Part shown: positions 49,462-59,269 of the stretch, piece after piece
How positions within the stretch are numbered: the first letter of the stretch is position 1
How the letters are laid out: each line of letters starts with the position of its first letter
Source: Candidatus Thorarchaeota archaeon
GTDB taxonomy: Archaea; Asgardarchaeota; Thorarchaeia; Thorarchaeales; Thorarchaeaceae
Direction of reading: 5' to 3'
DNA length: 64,000 nucleotides
NCBI GenBank assembly: GCA_003345555.1
Contig: PRDJ01000042.1
Coordinates: 12,282 to 76,281 of the forward strand
Made by a program: the position numbers and the translations under genes
The notes under the pieces: model-generated
Database searches by the model: none
What the model was told of the DNA's origin: nothing
What the model saw: the letters and a program-made list of their open reading frames with translations, nothing else

Positions 49462-51378
49462 TCACATGCGTTCGACAGCTTGAATACCGAGTATTCTCAG
49501 ACAGTTTGCCATAGTTGTTCTAAATGCTTTCACGAGTTCGAGCCGCGCTGTCGCTATGGCAGGCTCTGCCTTGAGTACGGGGCATGAGTCATAGAACTTG
49601 CTGAAGAGGTTCGCAAGACCATAACCATAGGAGGAAATCTTGTTCGAGTAGAAGCTCGTCCCCCACATAGTTTTCTTCAGACTTCTCACGGTCTCAAGAA
49701 TCTCTTCCGGGAACATCGCTATTGCTTTTGCTAGGGCAAATTCGCTTGCTGATGAGAGCATCGTCAGATCGGTTTCCGCCTGGGTCTCCTCGGCGGCTTT
49801 CTCGATAATCCTCTGAGCTCTTGCATGTGAGTACTGGAGGTACGGAGCGGCGTCGCCATCAAAATCGAGTGCTTCGCTCCATCTGAAAGTAATCTTTCTG
49901 TCTGGCGAGGCCTTCAACAGCATGTATCTCACAGCTCCAGTGCCGACCTGAGTCGCCACTTGTCCCTTGAACTCATCTGTTTCGTCTGGGTTTCTCTTCG
50001 CAACTTCATCGTGGGCCAGCTCAACTGCCCTGTCAAGGATTTCGTCTACTGTGTATCCGATCCACGTTCCCTTTCTCCCAGAGAAATCAGTATCCTCGAG
50101 GCCTACGAATTCATAAGCTACGTGATGAGAGTTCTCGCTCTGTGTCTTGTAACCCAAGAGATCAAGAATCGTGTAGACTAGCCTCTGAGGCTGGGCCTGT
50201 GAAGAACCCACAACGTTGAATACAACATCGAACTTCCCTATGTTCTTCTTCTTGCCCTTCACTGATGTTCTGAGGACTTCTTTCCCATTCGGCTGCTTGT
50301 CAAAGACTTGGTATCGGAACGGGTCTTGGACTATACCGAATTTCCACATCTGAAGTGCAACATCGGCCCCTGTATACGTCCTTGTTCCGTCTGACCTGAA
50401 CAGGACCTTGTAGGGTTCCTGCATATCCTTGAATTCATCAATCGTGTCAAGTTTGACAACAATGCATCCTGCTTTGTCTCCTTCTTCGAGCTTGACGACA
50501 TTCTCGCATTCCAACATCATGTTTCTTGCTGCTTCAAGGAGACCGCTATGTGCAATGTCGCTTTCCCAGACTTGGTAGTCGTGATAGATGCCTAGGCGGT
50601 AAGATGTCTGACACTGTGCCAACAGACAAGCTGTTACCATGCTGATGCTCTTCTTCGATGCTTCGGAATCCGGGTCTTCTAGCTGTCTAGCGATCTCACG
50701 TATTTCGTTCTCAGCTTTCTCGTCTGTCTCGAATGCCTTTTGCACATCGACGTAGAGTCGTCCAAGATAGTGGTCATACTTAATGTTCGCGAGATTCTCC
50801 GTTTCCTGCAGAAGCTTCCATGCTAGCTGTGCGATCTGCAGCCCTAGATTGTTTATGTAATCGATTCTAGCTACCTTGTATCCAACCGTCTGAAGCACGT
50901 TGCCGAGCATGTCGCCGATAACGGCATTTCTTGCATGTCCAATATGCCATGGCTTGGAGGGGTTGACTGCTGGGAACTCAATCAGGGCCCTATGACCCTT
51001 GTAGACTGCAGTTCGACCATATTCTTGACCAAGCTGGTTCGCAGCTTCGATTGCGAATTTGACAAACCGACCACGATTGAGGAACAGGTTTACGTAGGAT
51101 CCACGTGACTCAGCGCGTTCGAAGACCATTGTGGTCTCGAGCCGTGCATTGATTTTCTCAGCGATTTCATTGGCAATTTGCGCCGGGCTCTTCTTCAGCT
51201 GTTTAGCGAGCTGAAATGATACTGTTGAGGCGAGGTCTCCAAGATTCGGATCTGGTGGAATCTCGATTGATTCACGCACTCTGGTGACATCAAGTTTCGT
51301 CACGTCTGCCAGAAGTGACACGGCGAGATTCTTGACTGAGTCCCACGGGTTCACGAACTGGCTCTCTGTGGTTGCCAT
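49462..51378 (-). CDS. argS: arginyl-tRNA synthetase
   Basis: 638 aa; class I WHIGHAR (HIGH) motif; C-terminal anticodon-binding DALRYMLL-like segment. Confidence 0.9.
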   Translation of the reverse strand: MATTESQFVNPWDSVKNLAVSLLADVTKLDVTRVRESIEIPPDPNLGDLASTVSFQLAKQLKKSPAQIANEIAEKINARLETTMVFERAESRGSYVNLFLNRGRFVKFAIEAANQLGQEYGRTAVYKGHRALIEFPAVNPSKPWHIGHARNAVIGDMLGNVLQTVGYKVARIDYINNLGLQIAQLAWKLLQETENLANIKYDHYLGRLYVDVQKAFETDEKAENEIREIARQLEDPDSEASKKSISMVTACLLAQCQTSYRLGIYHDYQVWESDIAHSGLLEAARNMMLECENVVKLEEGDKAGCIVVKLDTIDEFKDMQEPYKVLFRSDGTRTYTGADVALQMWKFGIVQDPFRYQVFDKQPNGKEVLRTSVKGKKKNIGKFDVVFNVVGSSQAQPQRLVYTILDLLGYKTQSENSHHVAYEFVGLEDTDFSGRKGTWIGYTVDEILDRAVELAHDEVAKRNPDETDEFKGQVATQVGTGAVRYMLLKASPDRKITFRWSEALDFDGDAAPYLQYSHARAQRIIEKAAEETQAETDLTMLSSASEFALAKAIAMFPEEILETVRSLKKTMWGTSFYSNKISSYGYGLANLFSKFYDSCPVLKAEPAIATARLELVKAFRTTMANCLRILGIQAVERM

Positions 51379-51637
51379 TCAGTCGCATCAGCTCTTGCCA
51401 CTCATGACGAGTATCTGTTCATAAACACAGCGTTGCATCTGGATGAACTCTGGTCCATGCAGCAGAATGACTGTGGATCGTAGCCGCTAACCCGGGTCCG
51501 AACAACATGCTAGAATCCCTCAAGAAACTCACCGGGGCAATCAAATCAACAAAAGAGCAATCCATCAAAAGTCTGAGCATAAGGTTATAACCGTTCACCT
51601 TGAGCGACAGCATACGCTCCCCGAAAGGAGTGCGTTC

Positions 51638-51655
51638 ACCCTACCGCGCCCGCCA
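51638..51655 (+). other. isolated tRNA-Arg 3'-end-like fragment (cctaccgcgcccgcca)
   Basis: 15-16 nt identical to the acceptor 3' end plus CCA and flank of the tRNAs at 501..578 and 958..1065; no cloverleaf can be completed on either strand. Confidence 0.4.
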
Positions 51656-51746
51656 TGTGTTCGTTCATACGCCGTGAAGGGACACCTCAGAGGTAACCCC
51701 GACAGCTCTTACAGCGCAGCTACCTCATGGTAGTGACTGCACGGAG

Positions 51747-52709
51747 ATGATTGGACTGGAACACGGACAATCAAAGACAAAGAAACATGGGGAGCGCATG
51801 GGTACCACCACTTACGTTTGTTCTGCTTGTAGTTCTCGTGACATGTACATTGACTATACCCGCGGGGAAGTCATCTGTTCTAACTGCGGTCTTGTTATAT
51901 CTGACCGGTCTATAGACATGGGTCCAGAGTGGAGAGCCTTCACTGCTGATGAGCAGAGTGCTCGCCAGAGAGTCGGAGGTCCTACCGACTGGAGCAAGTT
52001 CGATCAGGGACTTACAACGATAATCGGCAGACAGAACGTCGATGCTTCAGGCAGGAAACTCAGCTCCACGCGGAGAGCTCAGATACACAGGCTGCGCAAG
52101 TGGCAAATCCGAACCAAGGTGCACTCCTCGGACAAGCGAAATCTTGCTGTTGCGATGACAGAACTTCACAGGATAAGCTCCCAGCTGAGCATACCATACT
52201 CTATCCGAGAGACCTCTGCAGTTATCTACAGGAAGGCTTTGCGAAAGCGACTCACACGCGGAAGAACCATTCTCGGTATGATCGCGGCTTCTCTGTATCT
52301 GGCCTGCAGGGTTCACAAGGTGCCTCGTCCTTTGGAGGAGGTCACAGAGCAGATACATATCACACGAAAGGAGCTCAGTCTCTGCGTGAGGTTGATACTC
52401 CGTTACCTGAACCTCAAGGTCCCTCACAGCAATCCGATAGAGTTCGTCCACCGGTTTGGCACAGAACTGGATCTTCCTGGCGAGGCCAAGAAGAAAGCCA
52501 TTGATATTCTGGAGCAAGCCAGGGCTGAGAGACTTACGATTGGGAAGGACCCGAAGGGAATGGCCGCCGCAGCAATCTATGTAGCGAGTATTCTGACCGG
52601 AGCACGGAGGACACAGCTCGAGATTGCACGAACCGCGAGGGTAACCGAGGTTACCGTAAGGAACCGCTACAAGGAATTAATCGCGAAGCTCAACATCTCC
52701 ACCATGTGA
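51747..52709 (+). CDS. tfb: transcription initiation factor TFB (TFIIB)
   Basis: N-terminal zinc ribbon CSAC...CSNCG, then two cyclin repeats; alternative start at Met 51798. Confidence 0.9.
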   Translation: MIGLEHGQSKTKKHGERMGTTTYVCSACSSRDMYIDYTRGEVICSNCGLVISDRSIDMGPEWRAFTADEQSARQRVGGPTDWSKFDQGLTTIIGRQNVDASGRKLSSTRRAQIHRLRKWQIRTKVHSSDKRNLAVAMTELHRISSQLSIPYSIRETSAVIYRKALRKRLTRGRTILGMIAASLYLACRVHKVPRPLEEVTEQIHITRKELSLCVRLILRYLNLKVPHSNPIEFVHRFGTELDLPGEAKKKAIDILEQARAERLTIGKDPKGMAAAAIYVASILTGARRTQLEIARTARVTEVTVRNRYKELIAKLNISTM

Positions 52710-52878
52710 TACGTCGATTGGTCTCGGGTCTATCGTGACGGGTCATGGGTGCCAGAAGGTCACGAGCGGGCAATATCCACATCCCAGTAGTTGGCGGTAG
52801 CATAGCATCCATGAACGCATGCGGCATAGGCTTATTTTCGGAGGCTGGCTGCCATGCTAGTGGGAGCCAAGAACATTC

Positions 52879-53712
52879 ATGTCAGACCGCCTTTCCATTC
52901 ACGGCATCTGGTTAATTGAACGCCATACGGGTAGGAATCTGATAGCCCGGGCGTATACCGGTGTCTCCATCGATATGGACTTGATCGCACCATTTCTGTC
53001 AGCGACTCACACTTTCATAAACCGCGCAGCGAACGAGACTCTGAGAACAATCGACACTGATACACATAGGTACGTGTGGGCTGCAAATGATGAGCTGTTG
53101 TTTGTGATGGTAATATCCAAGGGCGCACGCACAGGACACATGCGGTTCCTTCTCGATTATGCACTGAATGAGTTCATGCACAACGAAGTCCCTGAGGGAA
53201 TGGACCTGCCCACCTTCTTGAAACAATGGGAAGGAAACCCAGTGAGCTTCGAGCGGTTCGCCAGATTCGTGGATGAGCTGGTCTCTCAGTATGAACAATC
53301 AGGCGATAGTCTCGTGGCCGGAAAGACGATGGACTGTCTTGAGGTGCACAATCATATCTTCAGGGCACTAATGGAAGTAAAGGTCGACAAGAGGACCCGC
53401 AAGAAGATGGTTGAGGAAATCAAAGCACGACTTCGGCCGCTTGTAGAAACACACCCCTTCTTGGCTGTGGTGCCTGTGGATGATGCAGGCATTGAAGTTC
53501 TCAACATTGACGTATACAGTGTGGAGTACAAAGCCCTCCGAAGCGCGCTGGAGAGCGTGTTCCAGGTGGTCGCCGAGGTGATAAGGAACGTTGCGGGTGA
53601 GGAACCGTATCGGAACATGATCTTCGACCATGCAATGCCCTATGTCAAGAACGACATCGAACGCCTCCAGACCTATGCGATTCTCGACGATATTGTACGA
53701 TACCTATTCTAA
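52879..53712 (+). CDS. longin/roadblock-like domain protein with helical C-terminal extension (tentative)
   Basis: 277 aa; N-terminal 120 aa fit a longin-type alpha-beta-alpha profile (GIWLIERHTGRNLIARAY...ELLFVMVISK). Confidence 0.35.
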   Translation: MSDRLSIHGIWLIERHTGRNLIARAYTGVSIDMDLIAPFLSATHTFINRAANETLRTIDTDTHRYVWAANDELLFVMVISKGARTGHMRFLLDYALNEFMHNEVPEGMDLPTFLKQWEGNPVSFERFARFVDELVSQYEQSGDSLVAGKTMDCLEVHNHIFRALMEVKVDKRTRKKMVEEIKARLRPLVETHPFLAVVPVDDAGIEVLNIDVYSVEYKALRSALESVFQVVAEVIRNVAGEEPYRNMIFDHAMPYVKNDIERLQTYAILDDIVRYLF

Positions 53713-53808
53713 GAATCCACGCTCAATGGTCTAGTGGCTTGTTCGCAGGCACTTCGTATCGTCTAGACTGATATAGGAGTTCGGATGCACAGTAAGGAAG
53801 CGTGAAAA

Positions 53809-54288
53809 GTGTCTCTTGCGTTCCCTCCACATATGGACAGCTACACATTCTCGATGCATATGTGTCAGGACAAGCAGGATGCGGCGGCTGCCCAAAGCGG
53901 ACTTTCCGTCATCTACTCTGGATTGGGCAACAATATCGTAGAGAAGACAGGCATCGCCGAGTTGGGTCGCCCCATATACATCTTCGTGCGGAACAGCCAG
54001 AAAGAGATCGTCGGAGGAGTTGTTGGGCAGGTATTCGGAGGGTGGCTGTACGTATCGCTTCTGTGGGTGGACAAATCCATCCGGGGAAGGGGCTACGGAA
54101 CGAGACTGATGCACATGGCTGAGGAGAAAGCGACAAGCATGGGTTGTACGGACGTTCACTTGGATACATACAGCTTCGAGGCAAAGCCCTTCTACGAGCG
54201 ACTCGGATACGAGGTGTTTGCCACACTGGAAGACTACCCAAGAGGGCATCGCAAGTACTTCTTGAAGAAGAGGCTAGCTTTATCGTAG
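53809..54288 (+). CDS. GNAT family N-acetyltransferase
   Basis: RGRGYGTRLM motif A. Confidence 0.75.
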   Translation: MSLAFPPHMDSYTFSMHMCQDKQDAAAAQSGLSVIYSGLGNNIVEKTGIAELGRPIYIFVRNSQKEIVGGVVGQVFGGWLYVSLLWVDKSIRGRGYGTRLMHMAEEKATSMGCTDVHLDTYSFEAKPFYERLGYEVFATLEDYPRGHRKYFLKKRLALS

Positions 54289-54307
54289 GGGGCCAAGATA
54301 GAGTCGG

Positions 54308-55645
54308 TTATCTCGAGAGCATAATCACTTCGCGTTGTATAATCTGTCCTCTTTTCCTCTCGGGCAGACGAGGACGGTTGGTCTTGAGTCCGCTCTCATC
54401 ATCGAGCAAGTCCCTATTTGTTATTGAGTCTCTGGGCAAGAATGGAATCACGTCGAACCCGGTGTTGTTCAGGAGGTTCTTGAGATCGATTCTGACGACG
54501 CCACCTTTGGAGTTGACTACCGGGAGCGTCATGCCTACCCTCCCGTTAGTCTTGAGGCACAGGCCAATGCTGGATAGAGCATCACGGTATAGGATGGTCA
54601 AGTCCTTGATTGCCTTCTCGGCTTCCCCCTTGTTGGGTTGGCCCGAACAGACAGGACCCAGATATGGTTCGAAGGCGGCTGCATCAACTTTCCCTTGCAC
54701 AAGCCTTGCCGCTTCCCGCGCGTCGCCTCTAAGTATCTCATACTTCAACTTGCGTCCTAGCTCATTCTCCAACCATTTCATGTTGCTTCTGCTGCCTTCG
54801 ACAGCTTTCAGGTCAGTATCTATGCCCACGCAGTCCATGCCGAGCAGGGCCGCTTCCATCAAAATCGTACCCGTGCCGCAGAAGGGGTCGAGAATTGTGT
54901 CACCAGCCTTGGCACCAGAAAGATTGAGAAGTGTTCTGCATATTTTCGGGCTCGTACTGACCTCTGCAGAAACGTACGGTCTGGTTTCGTCTCTGTGCTG
55001 CTGCGAAATGGAATCATAGACTGCGACGGTTTTTCCTACGTATAGCGTCTTCTGACTGAAGACCATGAGTATCTCTGCGTTTGGAGAAGTCAGAAGACCG
55101 TACTTGACGAGTGTTTGCGGCCAAAGAGCGGTGTTCGGCCTATCAGCTTTCCTTCTGTCGGGCCCTTCGTAGACGAAGTAGTCCACCTTCTTTGCTCCGA
55201 GTCCCACCAACCTCTCTTTGACTTCTTCGTCCATCGCTATGGTGAAGCGCTTCAGGTCAATGGACGTGTCATTCTGCATCGGATATGTGCTGATGCCAAA
55301 CCGGATCCGCTGATTTCTCGCGGTGCCCCAGACCTCGGACACCCAAGGGCAGCCAAGCAGTTTCCTTCTATCCTTCTGGATGATCTTCCCTTTCTTTGGA
55401 AATGCGGCCAGTACGGTATTATGGTCGTACGTGAAGATAGCTGCACCAATCTTGAAGCATCCGCCCAGTGCAGTCTGAATGTCCTTGATTTGTCTATCAT
55501 TCAAATCATCGGTAATGCTCATGATCACTGCTTTTCGAGAGAAGTCCTTGACCACTGCGCTGACACCTTGGTCTCTAAGATGAACAACCAGCTCCGCTAT
55601 GCTGAGGAGCCAGTTAGAGCCGAGAATGAATACGTAGTCCTTCAT
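54308..55645 (-). CDS. THUMP-type N2-guanine RNA methyltransferase family protein (Trm11/Trm14-like)
   Basis: 445 aa; motif I LDPFCGTGTIL; the position expected for DPPY reads FEPY. Confidence 0.5.
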   Translation of the reverse strand: MKDYVFILGSNWLLSIAELVVHLRDQGVSAVVKDFSRKAVIMSITDDLNDRQIKDIQTALGGCFKIGAAIFTYDHNTVLAAFPKKGKIIQKDRRKLLGCPWVSEVWGTARNQRIRFGISTYPMQNDTSIDLKRFTIAMDEEVKERLVGLGAKKVDYFVYEGPDRRKADRPNTALWPQTLVKYGLLTSPNAEILMVFSQKTLYVGKTVAVYDSISQQHRDETRPYVSAEVSTSPKICRTLLNLSGAKAGDTILDPFCGTGTILMEAALLGMDCVGIDTDLKAVEGSRSNMKWLENELGRKLKYEILRGDAREAARLVQGKVDAAAFEPYLGPVCSGQPNKGEAEKAIKDLTILYRDALSSIGLCLKTNGRVGMTLPVVNSKGGVVRIDLKNLLNNTGFDVIPFLPRDSITNRDLLDDESGLKTNRPRLPERKRGQIIQREVIMLSR

Positions 55646-56487
55646 GAATTGGACTTCTCCAGTTCTTCAAGCAGGAACTTTGAGTAGATTGCACCTAGAA
55701 TAGGTTCGGGTGTTTCCGATATGAACGTGGGCTTGTATCCCGCCTCTCTGACAACCTCCATGAGAGGCAGAATGTCTGGTCCCCACTTCTTTCCCAATGG
55801 CCTATGAGCCTTCTCTCCCGAGGAAGTGAACTCGATACCGCTGACATGAAAATGCAGGTTGTTCACAAATCTGGAGCCAAGGTTGCGTTCGAAAGCCTCC
55901 AATACTTTGAGGTAATCCCCCTTGCTGTTCAAACCGCCTTGGGTTCTTGCATGGAGGTGAGCCCAGTCAATGGTCGGAATCAGTCCGTCTACGTTGCTGC
56001 AAAGTTTTATCAGCTCCTCGACCGAACCGAAGGCACCCAGCTTGCCTGCAGTCTCTGGAGCTAACAAGACTCCTTGATCCCGGTGACCGATCGTGTCCCA
56101 GACCTCTTCCAGGCTGCTTCTTACAATAGGGTAGGCCTCATCAGGTGTGAGTCCGCTGTATCCTCCTACGTGAAACACGATTCGTGTGACGTTCATCAGT
56201 GGTGCGAATTGGAGCGACTTGACGAGCCTCGCAATCGAGTTTCGTCTTGTCTGCTTGCTCTTTGACACAAGACTGATGTAGTAAGCGGCATGCATACTCA
56301 TCACAATCCCGTATTCATTTGCAGCCATGCCAAGTTTTTCCGCCGTGTGCTCTCTCATCGTCAGACCGTAGACCGCGGCATACTCAAGAGCATCGAGACC
56401 CGCATCTCGAATAATCCTGAACGCTTTGCGGGGATTTCCGCTTGTATCAGTAGGATAGCCAGCTGGACCGAAGTGCATCTTCGCCAA
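55642..56487 (-). CDS. nfo: endonuclease IV-like AP endonuclease (TIM barrel)
   Basis: 281 aa with xylose-isomerase-like barrel pattern; 4-nt overlap with the upstream gene. Confidence 0.65.
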   Translation of the reverse strand: MAKMHFGPAGYPTDTSGNPRKAFRIIRDAGLDALEYAAVYGLTMREHTAEKLGMAANEYGIVMSMHAAYYISLVSKSKQTRRNSIARLVKSLQFAPLMNVTRIVFHVGGYSGLTPDEAYPIVRSSLEEVWDTIGHRDQGVLLAPETAGKLGAFGSVEELIKLCSNVDGLIPTIDWAHLHARTQGGLNSKGDYLKVLEAFERNLGSRFVNNLHFHVSGIEFTSSGEKAHRPLGKKWGPDILPLMEVVREAGYKPTFISETPEPILGAIYSKFLLEELEKSNS

Positions 56488-56680
56488 ACAAGCTGTATCC
56501 GATTTCGTGCTCAGCTAGCTTCCTCTCCTTTGCTCCGGGTCAACTATGACTACATTTGCTAGAGTCAACATGAATATCTTTCCCTTTCCCGTCTCCAGAG
56601 TGAGGCAGAACTCTTGACCTGTACTCCGGAAGCCTTTAATCATAGCCGCCACACGGCAGCTGAAAGGACGGGAATCGGGA

Positions 56681-57616
56681 ATGTCCGACAATACGACCAC
56701 AGCCCGAGGACAAGAGCGGCGAATCGATGCGAAGGCATTCTTGTCGATAATCCGACCTCAGAACTGCATCATCGGTGGTCTCACAGTTGTTGCTGGCGTG
56801 GCAATGGCATACCGCGTGAATCCAGTGGGGCCAATTCCATCCTACCTCTTTCTTTTCATCTTTGGATATATGACGTATTTCTTCGTAGCCGCGGGAGGAA
56901 ATGTAGTCAACGATATCTATGACATAGAGGTTGACAAAATTAATCGTCCGCATAGGGCACTGCCTAGCGGCCGAATGACGGTCAACCAGGCTTGGGTGTA
57001 CGTTGGAGTACTAAGTGCATTGGGAGTCCTTTTTGCGTGGTTGAATGGCACCTTCGGTACTCTCATCGTTGTGTTCTTTGAGAGCGCTGGGTACACATAC
57101 GCTGCAAAAGTGAAGGCTCTTGGCATCGCGGGCAATCTCATGGTAGCATTCTCTTTTGCGTTCGGTGTCATCTACGGGTCTTTCATATACGCAGAACGAG
57201 TCGAGGCCTATTCGATCCCCGTTCCATCTCTGCTTTTCTTTATCACTGCATTCATGATACTGCAGGCCCGAGAGACAATAAAGGGGGCAGAAGACGTTGA
57301 GGGTGACGCGCTGAGAAATGTCAGGACCATAGCACGGGTCTACGGTTATCGCGCCGCTGCCGCAACACAAGCTGTGCTGAATCTGATTGGCGTGTTATGC
57401 TATTTTCTGATCTGGCAATTGGGCTATGCCAGTTACGACCTAGCATACCTCCTCCTCCTCTGTCTTGGGTCGATAGTCATAATTGCCGCGGCAGTTGCTC
57501 CTATAACGGGGCCTCGAAACAAGAAGAGACTCGTCATTGGCAGTACGTTGGACAAAGTCGGCGCTCTGATCGGGTTGATTGCGTTTGTCATAATTTCGTT
57601 CTATGAGATTGTCTAG
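56681..57616 (+). CDS. UbiA-family prenyltransferase, probable DGGGP synthase
   Basis: NDIYDIEVDKINRPHRALPSG motif and second EDVEGD motif; multiple TM spans. Confidence 0.7.
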   Translation: MSDNTTTARGQERRIDAKAFLSIIRPQNCIIGGLTVVAGVAMAYRVNPVGPIPSYLFLFIFGYMTYFFVAAGGNVVNDIYDIEVDKINRPHRALPSGRMTVNQAWVYVGVLSALGVLFAWLNGTFGTLIVVFFESAGYTYAAKVKALGIAGNLMVAFSFAFGVIYGSFIYAERVEAYSIPVPSLLFFITAFMILQARETIKGAEDVEGDALRNVRTIARVYGYRAAAATQAVLNLIGVLCYFLIWQLGYASYDLAYLLLLCLGSIVIIAAAVAPITGPRNKKRLVIGSTLDKVGALIGLIAFVIISFYEIV

Positions 57617-57622
57617 GTGGAG

Positions 57623-58387
57623 TTAATGGGCCTGCCAGAAGGTCCAACCCAGGACTATCATACATGTCAGTGCGATTAGGAATGCCCACACCGTGGACGT
57701 ATCGTGCGCCTCTCTTATACCGAATGTCAGAAGGAAGCCCACCCAGACAAATGATGCCGTGGTCATATAATCCAAGATAAGCCAGACATCCGATCCATAG
57801 ATGGACGCAACTACATTAGGCAATACTGCCCCCGGTCCAATGTCATATGTCGGCAGGACTGCAAGCAAAACGAAGAATCCTATGACTCTGAAGAGCAACA
57901 CTGGCATCATACTGTACCCAACTACTGAAAGCGTCTTGGTCATGCGCCCCGTGCCCCCTGCGACTTTGAAGGCGATATGGGCGAATAGGGTACCCACGAT
58001 TAGATAGATCATTCCAATCATGATGTTGGATACAATGCTTGCCAATGCCGTTGCATAGTACATGCCGGCATCTGTAGTATCCAAGATGGACACGGTCGCC
58101 GTGGCTCCCGAGGTAACATTGGTCACGACAACGACAGTGAGGTGCGATGATATCGCTAGGAAGAAGCCCATGAGCAACAGTGCATTCATCATTATTATCA
58201 TGAAGGGGCCAGCACCGTCGGGTCTCTGAGCGATATCTCGGTAGGTCAGTGCAGGTCTTCTGATTACCCCCCATAGACGCTCAATAGTTCCCATCGCACG
58301 GACTTCTGGTGCCTCAGGTCTCTTCAGCAGAGGCAACACTCTCTCTAGAGCCTCTTCAGAAATGACCTGTCTACACACTGGACACAC
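57623..58387 (-). CDS. Yip1-domain membrane protein with N-terminal zinc ribbon
   Basis: 254 aa; CPVC at the N-terminus, then five TM spans in a Yip1-like arrangement. Confidence 0.4.
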   Translation of the reverse strand: MCPVCRQVISEEALERVLPLLKRPEAPEVRAMGTIERLWGVIRRPALTYRDIAQRPDGAGPFMIIMMNALLLMGFFLAISSHLTVVVVTNVTSGATATVSILDTTDAGMYYATALASIVSNIMIGMIYLIVGTLFAHIAFKVAGGTGRMTKTLSVVGYSMMPVLLFRVIGFFVLLAVLPTYDIGPGAVLPNVVASIYGSDVWLILDYMTTASFVWVGFLLTFGIREAHDTSTVWAFLIALTCMIVLGWTFWQAH

Positions 58388-58541
58388 TGTGGCGTCTGCA
58401 GGGACAGGCGAATCGCAGTACTCGCATCGTCTGACCGTGGCCGATTCCTTCCCTAGAGGATGTCTCTACAGACAGGACCACTTGAGTCTATTTAAGCGAT
58501 TCCCGATTGTTTACGTTGTCGTCTCTTCTCTTTGGCGAAAA

Positions 58542-59213
58542 TCACCACATCCTAGAGTGGTCGAAGAGCGAGGTGGGGTAAACAATCATGAGGGGTACCA
58601 ATGCGTCCCAGAGACTCTGGATTCCGTTGAGAATCAAGGCATAGGTGATAATGAAGTCTGTAGTAAGGTAGGGTGATATCAGGAGGGGAACAAGAATCAG
58701 ATTGGCCGGAACCATCAGAAGCAGCCTCACGCAGAATGCCACTATCATCAGAATCGTGTAATTGCCGTAGGGTAGTCTCCCTAGAGGTTGTGCGAGGTAC
58801 TGTCCTCCGAATCTTGTTCCATACTTTCGTACTCCAAGCCATGGTACAACTATCATTGGCAGAGTGGCAAGGAATTTGAACATCGGACCGATGCCAGTCG
58901 GGTCGAAGAAGAACAGGCAGACAGTGCCTAGCGTAGTACTTAGCATTCCCACTCTTATGCCACCAATCAAAAAAGCGATGATCCAGAAAAGCGAAACAGG
59001 ATCGAAGAGCGCAATTCCCCACCCGGGGATTCTCGGAAGCATCGAGGCAATGGGTGTAATCGCTGCCGAGAGTGCCGCGAAGACAGCAGCAACAACAAGC
59101 TGGATGACTCTGCTATGCTCCTTGGAAACACCCACAAGCTGAGTGTCCACAATGGCATGCTCTGCTTCCGGTTGCTGTGGCTCTGCAGGTGAGTCCGTGG
59201 GGGCTTGCGACAT
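58542..59213 (-). CDS. polytopic membrane protein (ECF S-component-like), hypothetical
   Basis: 223 aa, six hydrophobic spans. Confidence 0.35.
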   Translation of the reverse strand: MSQAPTDSPAEPQQPEAEHAIVDTQLVGVSKEHSRVIQLVVAAVFAALSAAITPIASMLPRIPGWGIALFDPVSLFWIIAFLIGGIRVGMLSTTLGTVCLFFFDPTGIGPMFKFLATLPMIVVPWLGVRKYGTRFGGQYLAQPLGRLPYGNYTILMIVAFCVRLLLMVPANLILVPLLISPYLTTDFIITYALILNGIQSLWDALVPLMIVYPTSLFDHSRMW

Positions 59214-59269
59214 GCGTTTAGGGGCAGCGTCTCCATCTTAAGTAGATTACTCAGCGACTAAGAGCTTAC

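Noticed and set aside
578-51655. Possibility that tRNA-Arg 3'-end repeats define a 51-kb integrated element
   Set aside because: The interval contains core replication, translation and repair genes (polB, argS, aspS, mre11/rad50) and no integrase, transposase or other mobile-element gene is visible. The repeat is more likely a tRNA fragment or relic than an attL/attR pair.
54144-55019. 291-aa plus-strand ORF opposite the THUMP methyltransferase
   Set aside because: The minus strand carries recognisable SAM-binding motifs; the plus frame is a proline/serine/leucine-rich antisense artefact.
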